A DNA stretch of 64,000 nt from Paramecium tetraurelia (Eukaryota). The notes under the pieces were generated by a model that worked only from the letters and a program-made list of their open reading frames with translations, was not told the origin of the DNA and searched no databases. The translations under genes and the position numbers were made by a program. Of the stretch, positions 13,032 through 26,634 are shown one piece after another (the stretch's first letter is position 1; each line of letters begins with the position of its first letter). The stretch is from the NCBI GenBank assembly GCA_000165425.1, contig CT868174.1, positions 372,001-436,000 on the forward strand, given 5' to 3'.

Positions 13032-14504
13032 TCAATGTGGGAATAATTCAAGTATTTTTTTCGATATATTTTATATCTCCTTGCTGTTTGCATTGTGAGT
13101 TTCCAAATAATTGAGTGCATATTCTCTTGAATCGACATCTGCTTCAATCAACTTCAATAGAGAGTCTGTCACATCTCTCACCAAGTCAGTATAATAGAAG
13201 AACTCCATCAGAATTTCTACTATTTTAACAGTTTCCTATTTAAAACTCTTATTAACTCATACTTCCAAGGCTATATAGATGGCTTCGTTGTAGTCCCTCA
13301 AGAATTTGCAAAGAGTCCTTCCATATTGCTTATAATCATCATAATTTTCTAAACCCCTTGGGATTAGTTTAGCCAATGCAATCACAACCCTAGGTCCAAG
13401 TAAATCATCCAAAGTCTCATAGCTGTTGGATAACAATTTTGTTATGATAATAAATCCATCAGGATAATCTGCAATATTCATCAATGCTTGCTTAACATCC
13501 TTACTAAAATCTTTATTTAAAAGAGAGATCAATTTCTAATTTGAATTTAAATTAAAATACTTAAATAATTTCGTCATTCTCTACATGCACACACTACTTC
13601 TTGCCTTCAAGGTTTATGGTGCAATTCATAATCAAAATAGTGGCAAAATAAGCTTCCTCTTGAAGTGGACTATCCAAATATCTATTCGCAACGTTAATTG
13701 CATTTTCTCTAATTGCTTCCTCTTTGCCTTCATGATTAGCACATATTTTAGATAAAACCTCCAAAGACAAATACGTTATTCTTTAAGTATAACTTTAATC
13801 GTAGTAATTCTCTTGGGATAGAATTTCAATGAATCTCTAAATGGTTCCACAATTTAAAAAGAAGAAAATGCCATTATCAAATTCAACTATTTTTGCAAAT
13901 GCCTCCAATAAATAGACAGTAAATTTCGGATATTCTTTAGATTACATAAAGGATTAGATCATCTTTTTAGTGAGATTAGATTTGCACAAAATATCCACTC
14001 CATCTCTACCAGTAATTATCCTACATAATGCCCACCCACATTGTTCTCTAGCATCATCAAATAATAATTTCGACAACCCATCGAAACTCAAATCACCTAA
14101 TTATTCTCTTCCTCTCATTATACTCACTAAACATCCCAATAAAATGACTGCTTGTTTTCTAATCTAAATGTCTTTATGATGCAGATAAGCACTAGCAATT
14201 CCCACCAGACCTAATTCTAAAGAGTAAGATTACCTTGCGATATCATTTGATCCTTCATCTCTTAATGATCTACCATTTCATTCAAAGTAATCAGGGCATC
14301 TCTGTATTTAAAGGCTTCAATGTTTTCCATGAGCAATATTTCAATCAATTTAGGAATGGAACGGTCAAACACGGCATGATAAACCTATTCTTTAGTATGA
14401 GTATTACTTCAGAAGGATCATATCTATCTTTGAAATCAGGTTCAACATAGGGATGTCTATCCTTCAGAATTTTCAGAAACAACGTGAAGTTTATAGCTTT
14501 ACAT
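13032..14504 (-). CDS. RSPH14: Radial spoke head protein 14-like armadillo-repeat protein; apparent +1 insertion near the N-terminus (14470-14473)
   Basis: YHAVFDRSIPKLIEIL...YRDALITLNEMVDHQE...LHHKDIQIRKQAVILLG followed by ARM repeats, resembling RSPH14/RTDR1; the ATG at 14504 joins the frame only if one A is removed from GAAAATT. Confidence 0.7.
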
Positions 14505-14599
14505 TTTATATAAAATATATAATTTATTCAAGCAATTTTTTCTTATTGAAGTAATTAAGCTTCATGAATGATAGATTTGCTCTTTACAATGGGGCACCA

Positions 14600-15245
14600 T
14601 TCTAACTAAAAATCAGGCGGCTTTGAAATCCCTCTATAATGGATTATTAGTATTTTATAGCATTTAAATTCATATAGTGAAGTCAAAATTCCTTAAGCAG
14701 CCAATCTGAAACCGTTGACATCTCATAAACTATACTTCAACCAAGATTGTGGTTCAACACCTATATAGGCTAACCATTCTTTCCATATCTGATCACTTTG
14801 ATTTCACCTTCAGGTCAAATACAGGCAGTGTCCAAAATATCCAATTTCATCCCAACTGTGAATTGACTGACTTTTCCTTACACCTTCCACAATAGAACCT
14901 ATTTCAATTAAGTGAATAATTTTATATTATTCGTTTGAATAATCCCAACCTAATCATTATACTTGAAATTTAAGCAAATATTCAAGCAAGCATTTTTAAC
15001 AGAAGCCGTATTCACAAATTATTGTTACATAATCCACATAAATAGGTTGGCATAATCTTCAAATCTACTCTATATTGGTTTAAGAAACATATATTTATTG
15101 TCCTTTTTATTATCATCCAATACTTTTCTTTCTAATTTCGTATTCATTTAATTTGTTTAAGCCCTTGATTTCTTTAATTCTTAATCTTAGAATTCTTTTT
15201 GGAACCTAACTTTTCTTAGTTCATCAAGAGCATTTATTTTATCAT
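14600..15245 (-). pseudogene. Decayed gene with a Tudor/MBT/Agenet-like domain
   Basis: FTVGMKLDILDTACI*PEGEIKVIR...VLNHNLG*SIVYE, then frameshifted RLAAQGILTS; in-frame TGA at 14815-14817 and 14737-14739 where the family has Trp. Confidence 0.55.
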
Positions 15246-15604
15246 GTTAATTATTTGTTCATTTATAAATATGAATAAATCTCTTCAAAATAAACATCAG
15301 ATTATTAATTTAAGATAACAATGCAAATTTCATGAAAAGTACATTTGGTTAATCAAAATACTTAACAAAATTGAGTAGTTCTATTTTGTGAATTGAAATC
15401 TCATACGATGCATGAATAATAATAAGAATTGAATAGGAAGTGGGATATAAAAATAAGATTATGGTTTATTGAATATTCATCATATAATAATAATAATGAG
15501 ATGTCATTGGTAGGTTTAATTAACAATTATTTATGCGCAAATAATATAAATACTTGTTTTAATTATGGGAAATTTTAAATCTTTTTTTTAAAAGTTAATA
15601 ACAC

Positions 15605-18170
15605 ATGGTAAATTTTTCAGTTGATCAAATCAGAGAGATCATGGACAAATAAGACAACATCAGAAACATGTCAGTCATTGCTCACGTCGATCATGGTAAA
15701 TCCACACTTACAGACTCATTGTTATGCAAAGCTGGTATCATTGCTTCCAAAGTTGCTGGTGATGCAAGAGCCACAGATACCAGAGAAGATGAAAAGGAAA
15801 GAGGTATTACAATCAAGTCCACTGGTGTTTCTCTTTATTATGAATATGACATTTATGACAATAAGACCTTAGAAAAGTTTTTGATCAACTTGATCGATTC
15901 CCCAGGACATGTTGATTTCAGTTCTGAAGTCACAGCTGCCTTAAGAGTTACAGACGGTGCTTTAGTCGTCGTTGATTGTGTTGAAGGAGTTTGTGTCTAA
16001 ACCGAAACAGTGTTGAGACAAGCTATGTAAGAGAAAATCAAGCCAGTTGTCATGGTTAACAAAATCGATAGAGCTATCTTGGAATTGAAACATGATGGTG
16101 AAACAATGTATTAAAACTTCGTCAGAGTCGTTGATATGGTCAATGTCATCATCAACACCTATTAATAAGAAGACATGGGTGATCTCCTTGTTCATCCAGA
16201 ACTCGGATCAGTCTCATTTGGTTCAGGAAAGGAATGCTGAGTGCCTTCTCAATGCACCAGATTTGCCAGAATCTATGCCAACAAATTCAAGGTTGAACCA
16301 CTCAAATTATAAGAAAGATTGTGGGGAGACAATTACTTTGATGCTGAAGGAAAATGCTGGAGAAAAGACAACATCAGTGGATCAGGAAAAGCTATGAAGA
16401 GAGCCTTCGTCGCTTTCATCATGGACCCAATCTGCAAATTGGCTAATGCTGTTATGGAAGGAAATATGGATGTAGCTAATAAAATGTTTGAAACTTTGGG
16501 ATTGAAACTCACATAAGAAGAAGCTAAATTAGAAGGAAAGCATTTACTCAAGGCTGTTATGTCCAAATGGATCAATGCTGCTGATACATTACTTGAAATG
16601 ATTGTGTGCCATTTACCATCACCAAGAAAGGCTTAAAAATACAGAACTTCATATTTATATGAAGGACCATAAGATGATGCTATTGCTTAATCAATGAGAG
16701 AATGCAACCCAAAGGGGTCCATTAATTATGTACGTCTCCAAGATGGTTCCAACAACTGATAGAGGAAGATTCTTTGCTTTCGGTAGAGTTTTCTCTGGTA
16801 CCATTGCTACTGGATAAAAGGTCAGAATTATGGGAGCCAACTACAAAGTAGGAAAGAAGGAAGACTTATTTGAAAAAGCTATCTAAAGAACAGTTCTCAT
16901 GATGGCCAGCAGAGTAGAATACATTCCAGATGTTCCATGTGGTAACACAGTCGGATTGGTCGGTGTTGATCAATATTTAATGAAGACTGGTACCATCTCA
17001 GACCACCCAGATTGCCATTTGATCAGATCAATGAAATATTCAGTATCTCCAGTCGTCAGAGTTGCTGTCCAACCAAAGAATCCAGGAGATTTACCAAAAT
17101 TGGTCGATGGATTAAAGAAATTGTCAAAATCAGATCCATTAGTGTTATGCACAACTGAAGAATCAGGATAAAACGTTGTTGCCGGATGTGGTGAATTACA
17201 CGTTGAAATCTGTTTGAATGATTTAGAAAAAGACTTTGCAGGTATTGAACTCATCAAATCTGACCCAATCGTCTCATACAAGGAAACCGTATCTGCTACA
17301 TCAAACATTGTTTGCATGTCTAAATCACCAAATAAGCACAACAGAATTTATGCTTAAGCCACACCATTACATGAAAATTTACCAGATGCTATTGAAAAAG
17401 GATAAGTTACACCAAAAGATGAACCAAAACTCAGAGCCAAAGCACTTAATGAAGAATATGATTGGGATAAGGATGATGCACTCAGAATTTGGACCTTTGG
17501 ACCAGATAACTCAGGTGCCAACATCTTGATGGATAAGACATCAGGTGTTTAATACATGAATGAATTGAGAGAATCAATGGAATCCGCTTGGTAATGGTCA
17601 ACCAAGGAAGGACCACTTTGCGAAGAAAATCAAAGAGGTATCAGAGTCAACATTTTGGATTGTGTCTTACATGCTGATGCCATCCACAGAGGAGGTGGTT
17701 AAATCATCCCAACTGCCAGAAGATTGTATTATGCATGCGAATTGACAGCTCAACCAAGATTATAAGAACCAGTCTTCTTGGCTGAAATTACTGCACCAAA
17801 CGACGCTACTGGTGGTGTATATAACTGTCTCAACACCAGAAGAGGAACAGTCATTGAGGAAGAATAAGTTGCAGGAACCCCACTCTCAGTGGTATCATTA
17901 TTATTCTATTTTCATAGGTTAGAGCTCATTTACCAGTCGCTGAATCTTTCGGTTTCACTGCCCATTTAAGAGGTATGACTCAAGGACAAGCCTTCCCTCA
18001 ATGCGTTTTTGATCACTGGGCCATTGTCAATGGTAACCCACTTGAAGTTGGAAGCAAAGTATTATTTTACATTAATCATTTAGGTTAATGAGTTAGTCTT
18101 ATCCATCAGAAAGAGAAAGGGTATCAAAGTCTAATTGCCAGACCTTAATGAATATTTGGACAAACTCTGA
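15605..18170 (+). CDS. EEF2: Elongation factor 2; as written it has an in-frame TGA (16238-16240) and a +1 frameshift (16714-16717)
   Basis: [58 protein letters not shown], diphthamide loop [17 protein letters not shown]-terminal YLDKL*; two introns near the 3' end; higher GC typical of highly expressed genes. Confidence 0.95.
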
Positions 18171-18394
18171 TCTAAATATTGTATGTTAAATAAACACAAA
18201 TATTCAATTTTAAATTATTATTTTATTCTTTAATAAGTCTTTAAAGATTTATCATTCACATTTGAATTTTATTTCTTTTATTATATTTAATTCTGATTCC
18301 ACTATAATAAGCAATTTAACTTAAACATCTCCAATCTAGCCATCATAAATTTGTATGAATCACAATTGTTATTATTAATATAAATTATTAAAGT

Positions 18395-19241
18395 ATGAAT
18401 TCAAGGCTTCTTAAGATATTCGAAACTGGATTCCTCGGACTCATTGGATTCACTCTGATTGCCTAACAATAGAAACGATTTTAATGTGCTGCACCCTATT
18501 TCTCTTTTATTTCACACTCAGAATTATAATAATTTCATCTTAGATTTCCTAGTCTCTATGTGTTGGATAAATTCTAAGTTGAACACTTATTGAGTGTGAT
18601 TCGTAATCAAACTACTCATACCAAAGTAAATATGAACTCAAACCTAATTAGGACTTCAGATTGTATTCTGACAGATTGATCAGATTGCTTATGGAAAAAG
18701 CAATATCTGAACACAGTAAGAAACTGTCCCCTCAAGAAGGATCGCAAGCATAAACTCCAGCCCAAGAGATTTAATTTGAAAACAAATAATTTTGTGTTGT
18801 TGTGATGGTAAGATCAGGAAACGCCTTCTTAGGTGAGGCTCTCAAGGTGCTTCCAGGAGCTTCAGTTGGATTTATTTTAGTTTAAGAGCATCCATAAACT
18901 AAAGATCCTTAGTTAATTTATTGTAAATTTCCTGAAGATATAGATCAAAAATAAGTATTAATATTCTAAATTAGGTAATCCTCACAGATGCTATGATTAC
19001 TACTGGCGGAAGAATCAGTACAGCAATAAAAGCACTTCAGTCTAATGGAGTCAATCAAGAAAACATCGCTGCTGTGAACATAGTTTCATGCGAAAAAGGA
19101 CTCTCAAAAGTCTTGCATTAATTCCCTAAAGTCAAAGTAATTACAGCTGGAGTTGATTACGCACTTAATACTATTCAAGATCATCGTTTCCCAGGAGTTG
19201 GAGACTTTGGAGATAGATATTTTGGAACTGTTGATCAATGA
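18395..19241 (+). CDS. UPRT: Uracil phosphoribosyltransferase-like protein with N-terminal extension
   Basis: LLSVIRNQTT..DFRLYSDRLIRLL, VRSGNAF, VILTDAMITTGG, FPKVKVITAGVD, FPGVGDFGDRYFGT; two short introns. Confidence 0.85.
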
Positions 19242-20735
19242 CAAATTATATGATATATAATACATTATTAGTTAATAACCCAATTATGTTTCAATATTTA
19301 TTTATAATCATGAAGATATACGCTTTAGAGCCTGATGGAATTCTTAAGTTAATCCTTTGCAGCTTTATCAAACTGAAGTATTCTTTAAAAATTTGCTTAT
19401 ATCTCCTTATATTTGTTATTATTCAGAGAATAGTGAAATGAAATACAATCGTCAACTTAAGTATAATTCTTGTAATTCAACTCTATATAAATAGGTTATT
19501 CACAAACAAATTTTCTTCACATTCCAATTATTTATTTTAAGTATTATTCTGTTTTTGTATGTTAAATTATTTTTATAAGGATTGAATTTATTAAATAATT
19601 ACCCTTTCTTATAATTCCAATTTAATATTTCACTCTTAGTAAATTGTACTAAAAATTCCTATTACATCTTTAAGTAATGTAAGCTGATAAATTATTGCCA
19701 AATTTCTAAATGAAATTCGTATCATTTCTCACAATTCCTTACAGCATCATCAATGATTTTTTTTATTCTCTTTATTATATTTTAATACCTCCACATGTCT
19801 CCAATCATTGAAAACCTATATCTATTATAATATGAATATATATTCAATATCTTATCTTTATTCTTATTAACTCTATTTCCACAATAACAATTTCGAATAG
19901 AACAAGAAAAAAACAATAATTTTGCCTCATTTTTTTTCTTCAAAAAATTAAAATAATTACACCACATAAGTATTTAATTCTCCAACACCATTACAGTCTA
20001 CTATACACTTTCAATATCCTTTTTAATTTCTTTCTTTAAATAAATATGGTTTAAATCTTTAATATTAGTTTTATTAGTTTCATAAATCTGTTCATTTCAT
20101 ATACATGTTATATTTCTAATCCTCAATTTACTACTTCCTAATTGCGATTTTTAATAATCTATGCATACAGTTAAGTATATTAGATTTAGAAATACACATT
20201 TCCTTCTAATAAAAAATTCGTTTATTACGGTTTAAAGTCTATTTTTTAAATTATAAAATAATATGAAAGCTATTTTATATTTAACAAATTTTTATGATTT
20301 TATTATATTAAGAATATCTGATGCTAACCTTAATAAATTTTATCAAATTCAATTGTTGAATATATATTAGATTCTTCATTAATATTTATTTAAATCTTTT
20401 TCTCAATCCTTACCTAAATACCAAATTTAATCAGAATTTTCAAATTTTTTTTACATAAGACTTATTTAATATTAATTTGTGAAAACTTGGCTAATATTTT
20501 CGAATCCTTCATTCAGCCTTTCTTAGAAATTCAATGTAAAATTGAAAAGTCTTTGGTAACTAGTTAATATTTATATGAAGTTTTTATCAAATGGAATATT
20601 AAAATGGTCATTAATTGTTACAAATAAAAATAATGAAATATGTAATGAATAAATCTAAAATAATATGTATTAATAAGGCATAGTTATAAATGCTTAACGA
20701 TTGCATTTGAAAAATTAATATTAATATTCAAAAAT

Positions 20736-21613
20736 ATGAGCAATCACCCTGCCTCTTAAAGACCTCCTCAACCAGTTTAAAATGCCCCTCATTAGCCAGT
20801 TGCATATTCACCACCAAGAACATATGCTCCACCAGTGCAATTTGCTAGTCCATCATACTACCCTGTTTAATAATCAGTCGTTGCTCCTGTCTAATACGTT
20901 CCTTAACCAGTAGCAGTCCAACCCCTTGTATAACCAGTGGCAGTGCAACCAGTTGCTGTCCAACCAGCTTAATAAGTGATAAAGGGTGAAAGCAGAATTG
21001 AGTAAGAATCAAAATTCAAATATTTATAGATATATCCCATATGAGAAATCTGTTATTGAATATGAAGAGGTGAGACAAAGAATCTAAGTGCCAAGAGAGA
21101 AATACGTCACTGAATATTAAGCTGTGGAATATTAGACAGAATATATCCCCTAAGTATTTTATGATAAGGTTACCGGTATAAATATGAAATAACAACAATA
21201 GAATATGTTCCTGTGGACAGATTTCAAGATAGAGTAGAATACTATCCAGTTGAGAGATAGGTGGTTCACTAATAATAAGTTGTTGCTCAACCCGTCGTTT
21301 AACCAGTTGTTTAATCTGTTGTGCAATAAGTTCCTTAATACGTTGCACCTGTTCCATAATATGTTGCTCCAGTCGCATAACCATATGTTGCCTAATCATA
21401 TGTTTAACCAAGCTATGTTCAACCAAGCTATGTTCCATCAAGAGTCGCCCCAGTTTACAATCATGCTCCATATTAAGGCAGACCTGTCAGTCAACCAAGA
21501 AGATTTGTACTTACATATTATTTATGTCTTAGTCTCCACCATCTAAGCCAGTATAAATTTAGAAATAACCATAAGAGAAAAAGAAGACATTTTTAGAAAA
21601 TATCTTTAGTTGA
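20736..21613 (+). CDS. EPI: Epiplasmin (cortical membrane-skeleton protein)
   Basis: P/V/Q/Y-rich arms flanking the epiplasmin core KGESRIEYIPYEKSVIEYEEVRQRIQVPREKYVTEYQAVEYQTEYIPQV...EYVPVDR..DRVEYYPVERQVVH; C-terminal KTFLENIFS; three short introns. Confidence 0.9.
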
Positions 21614-21669
21614 TAAGTTACATATATATATATTTAAATATAAAATATATTATTTTTATTTTAATATAT

Positions 21670-23645
21670 TCAAATTAATCTCCAAACTTTTATAGATTTA
21701 TCATCACTAGTACTAACTAAAAATCCAACTTCTTCTATAAGTTCAATAGATCTAACAATATCTTAATGTCCTTCTAAACTGGCAACCAATTGTCCACTCT
21801 ACCATTCCCAAATCTTAATTGTTTTATCAAATGAAGCAGAAGCAATCAAATCTTTATCTATCATCTACAATTATACAATTAAATACTTTAATTCTCCATA
21901 CAAAACTCTTATGTGAACCCATTCTTCTCACTATCTTCTACTCGGTCACATTTATGATCAAGATTTCTCCTTTAAAATTACCAACAGCTATTTCATTTTA
22001 AGATACTCTAGCTATTCCATTTACAAAGCAGGAATCAAACAATTACATTTTCATCTCTCCAGTCTAAATATTCAATAATCTTATAGCTTTGTCATCAGAA
22101 CAACATATAACTTCTTCTTGATTCCAAGATAACAAATCATTAAAAGATGTCTTGAATTCCTTGAACACCTTTATGCATTATCCATTCTACAAATTCCAAA
22201 CTCTCACAGTTTCATCATATGAACATGACACTAACGTCCCTGGAACAGGTTGAGTTAATGAAAATATGTAATTTATATGCCCTTTCAATTCCTTAATCAA
22301 TTGTGATCTCTCTAAATCCCAAATCTTAATAGTCCATTCATCTTTTTGATTTTAACCCAGCAGAAATAAGAGTTGTTGTATCTGATAATAATAAAGAATA
22401 AACATTTCTTTCCATGATTCAAAGATTACATGAATTAATACTATCCTTCCATGGTCAATCCAATTATCTTAATATTACCTTACCAATCTCCTGTTGCAAT
22501 CACTTAAGGACTAATCTTACAAACAGCCCAAACTTAACTTTAATGCAAGTCTCTAGCATCAATAAATAATTTGGCATTTAATTATGATGCTAAACCAGAA
22601 GCAAACCTATTTTGAAAATGAGTGGTTGTAGGTGGTACACTAGTTTTAGGTAATTGACTTGTTGTTCCAATAAAATTGGTTTGTGGGATTTAATTAAATC
22701 CACCACCAAATCCAAAACCTCCGCCACCTTAAATATTTCCTTAAGTGCCTGGAATCCTTAATCTTGGTATTTCAACACCTTCCTAATATATTTATTCATA
22801 ATAATTTTTACTTTCACATTCTTAAAATCAAAAGGAGTCTGTTTAAATGTTATTAAGCTTTGTTCTAATTGATGTAAAGTTGAGCGAATAACTTCTTCGC
22901 ATTCAACAAGAGTAGTTTACAATTGTTATGGTAACAATTTAATTTCTTATGGATCTGCATTTATCAACTCCACACATGTTTGAATGGTTTCGTCTTCAGC
23001 TTCCATTGCTAATTTATTTACTTAAGGTTATACCTCTCCCCTTCAATACTAAATCCATAATTTGTTCAATCACATTATCATCCAATAAGAAATCAGCCAA
23101 AAATCCCTTCTTGATTACATCACCCATTCCATGCTTTGTCCAATACATAAACTAGGAATATAAATCATTTAGATGATTATCAAAATCCATTTTTATTTTC
23201 AAGAACATTTCATCTATTTCGTTTTATAAATGATCCTTCTTAACAACCTTCAATACTTTATCAAAAAAGTCGTATTCAGCAATTGCTAATTTATCTGTCA
23301 ATAGTTTAACAAACTCAGGCACTTATACCTTATGAACACATGTGTGTGCCCACAAACATCTAACATATATAATTTTATCAAATACCCAACACATAACTTT
23401 CTTCTTTAATGAACACATTGCTATTCGATACAAAATCCTTTTAATTGTTTCATGTGTATGCCACAATCAATTCCTGTGACTTATCCCACCTATGGATGAT
23501 TAATTGCTGATTTTGAAATCCCAGAAACTGCTTTAACATCACTAAAATCCACAGGGGCTTGTGAATTACCAAGAGAAAAATGAACTGACTTAGAAAGAGC
23601 CTAAGATGATGTCGAAAGCTTATTTGCATTTGTTGGATTTAACAT
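21670..23645 (-). CDS. WD40-repeat protein with an N-terminal Cys/His (B-box-like) region, coiled coil and Gly/Phe-rich linker
   Basis: CGIH..FCIEQQC..C..H at the N-terminus; GGGFGFGGGF linker; repeats TIKIWD, GHINYIFS, SCSYDETVRVWN, DDKSIKVWR*. Confidence 0.8.
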
Positions 23646-24668
23646 TTAATTATTTTTATTTATGTATAACTTATAAAATATCATATAAAATGGTATTCTA
23701 AGAGTTATTTTGCATGAGTAGAGAAAATCAAATATTTAATCACAATGTTATGCTAGCTCTTTTGTTATTTATTTTAAAATACTATGCAATAATTATAAAT
23801 TAGTAAGTTAATAATAATTATTATAATAAGAATTACTTAAGAATTTCTTATTGTAAATATTTTTTTCAGCAATACAATCTGTTAGCGACGGAGCATTAGT
23901 AATCTGGATGAAGAGACTTATAAATTCAAATCCCCCTTGAGAAACACCTACAAATGAGGATGCAAAATGTTAATTTGTAGTGGCGATGACGTTAACAAAT
24001 TTAAAAATTCTGAATTCTTTTTCCTTATGAAAAAATTCTCGACTATAGCTTAATAGGACCTCTATAGTTGAATTTATGTTTTTGTAATTAGCCATATTTT
24101 GGATATTACTTTTATATTAATTCAAGAATAATACTAAGCCTTTTTTTATCAAATATTTAAAAGACAATATTTTGGGTTATTCAGTTAAAGCAATGAATCG
24201 AAGAGATTGCATTTCCGTTGAGATGTGTGAATTTTCTATTTATGTTTGATTGTTTAAAGAAGTCGTAGATGAATGCTGTTAGGAATTACTCAATTTAATT
24301 GATGCTCAGCAATATTGTTTTGTACTGGAAATCATAAAATGGAGGGAATAGGGACATTGACCCATTATTTAAGAAGTATATAATTAGAATTTATATGGTC
24401 TTTCTTGTTTTTTTTCTTTTAATTCATGATTATTTCCAGAAAAACAATCAGCTACTGATCATAAACTATAGAGAAGATAGATATTCCAAAAAAGATCGGG
24501 TTTGGGTCTCTTTTCAAATTAATTTGAATAGCTTTGTTTAATTATAAATCTAATTTAATTTGAATAAGATTTATTTTCCTATATTTTTATTAAACTTATA
24601 TTTATAACCATATAAAATGCCATTGTAAAATGATTCAATTAAATAAGATAATTTTAGCCAATACTACA

Positions 24669-25007
24669 ATGGGACTCATCCTTTGTCATAATATACATTC
24701 TAAAAATAAGAAACTGTCATTTGTACAGGATCACGCAGAATAATTAAATAGATAAAATTAAAGAGAACAATTAGACCTACCATATAGACACTATATAAAC
24801 AAGAGTAACTACATTGCGAGTGCTCTACCTCATGCACCATACAAATTAAATTTAAAGAGAGGTGTAATGCTAATGCAAGGAATAGGTAATCATACAAATA
24901 ATACATTAGGTCACAGCTCTATAATGTAAAGAAGATTCTTAGAAAAATTAAATTTGAACAACTCTTACTTTCACTCTCAAGCATTCATAATAGTAAATCC
25001 ATAATGA
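24669..25007 (+). CDS. Small hypothetical protein (112 aa, MGLILC... start)
   Basis: ATG to TGA frame of 113 codons without introns in code 6; Gly at position 2. Confidence 0.45.
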
Positions 25008-25632
25008 CTCCTCTATTAAATATTTATATATAGTTAGATTATTAATTAGAGACTTCATTCTGTGTTATATATATATTCTTCTTCTTGACTCTTTTTAAAA
25101 CTAAAAAATATTTTGTATTAACTTTTCGATCATCTAAAAATTGAGTATCATGACAATAATGAAGATTATAAATGGTCCCGAGTTCAATTTGAATTGTCAG
25201 CATTTCCAAAGGATGACGATAAGAACAAATACAGATTAAATATAGAAATACGATAATTAATTAAGTACAATGACGTATTTAACAATTGAAATAGTAGAAC
25301 TAGAGTGACGATTGAAAATCAATTGAATTACAACCCAAATTAATAATGAGTTCTGGATTAATAATTATAATTGAAATATCTAAGCATTAGGTAAATAATT
25401 AATTCCTTGAAATACAATTTTTATTTTTTGAAATTAATTGTTATATTTTATAGACATCATATTAGAAATATTAAACACCATCCCTTATGAACTAATAAAA
25501 GCAGTAAATATTATTAAAAATAATATAATTAAAGCCATATATTAAAAATCATTAACAATAAATATTATCACAAATTAAAAGTAATTATAATATTAATATT
25601 AAATCAAAGAATATTTTTGTAAGCCTTGTTAT

Positions 25633-26634
25633 TCACTTTTACAATTTCTTTGATTCCTTTTCCTTTCTCTTTGCTATTCTTAAATCAGTTTGGAAAACAA
25701 ACGATTCATTTTTTTTTGGCGAAGCTTCAGTTTTATTGGCAGTTGACAAAAAGAATGATAAATTAATTGATTTCGAATGCTTCCTCTAAACACTTGACTA
25801 TTTCACAGGCCATGGACTTATCATCGGCCTATAAGAGTACTTGGGTGTATCATTCTCCTTCTTCAGTTATTATTCATAGATCCATTTATCCCTTTATTGA
25901 TTCCACTTCAACTAATTATTGACAAATTCATCAGTATATTATGGAGTAAATTTAATATTCTATGATTTTGTGCTTAAAGGTTGAAATGGCAGACTTGAAT
26001 AATATTCTTCTACTTCTTATTATTACTACTGTTTCTACTCTTGAATTTTGTCATTTTTTGTTTATACAATAAATTTGACTCTTTCATGAATCGGAATGTA
26101 GGAATTAGATTTCCTTGTAACACTTTACTCATTATACATTTTAGTGCTTTCTAATGTCTATGTAGCTATCCTTGCTGGATCGTTGTTTTCGTAATTACTG
26201 CTATTATCTTGTCCCATTATTGAAGTTGATTCCTTTTACATAGATTTTTCTTTATTTAGTAATAAATCACCAAATTTGCTATTTTTGGATGCTTCCATAT
26301 AATTATTGATCATTTCCTAGATTTGTTGAGTCTTGTTTATTTTTGGCTTTCCTTTACTTTGTATCTATTCATTCTTCAATTGTTCCTCCTTCATTTACAA
26401 AATCTTTTTTTGTTTCTCTAGTTCATAAGATTTCTACCTGATCTGAAAATCAGAATCCATCTCTACAACTTTAGATTTTACTTATTAAATCTCATTAAAT
26501 ATTTTAACAGTTGAAGTATTTAACTTTTCTAATATAGAGTCCTATTCTGATTGTAATGTAAATGATCTGAAATGAGATTTTTATTTTAAATGATCATGGT
26601 AACTCCTTTTTGCCTAAATTTTAAGTTGTTTCAT
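25633..26634 (-). CDS. Hypothetical coiled-coil protein (333 aa)
   Basis: Intronless 334-codon frame MKQLKIQAKRSY...PIHERVK...YSYRPMISP...KKLQK*. Confidence 0.7.

Noticed and set aside
14737..14817. TGA=Trp recoding suggested by two TGAs at Trp positions
   Set aside because: The same relic has a frameshift and other degeneration, and neighbouring genes use TGG for Trp and TGA for stop
16238..16240. TGA in eEF2 as selenocysteine or Trp readthrough
   Set aside because: The three following codons (VPSQ region) are also wrong and are repaired only by deleting three single bases; all intact genes here end in TGA
15962..17529. Several antisense and off-frame ORFs overlapping eEF2
   Set aside because: By-products of biased codon usage in a conserved gene; no independent motifs
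19260..20700. Possible gene in the AT-rich gap after UPRT (including track ORFs 19238-19441 and 19782-19967)
   Set aside because: Only short broken coding-like patches, no consistent frame or domain
21016..21471. 151-aa minus-strand ORF from the supplied track (MEHDCKLG...)
   Set aside because: Antisense shadow of the repetitive epiplasmin gene; the plus strand carries the recognisable protein and introns
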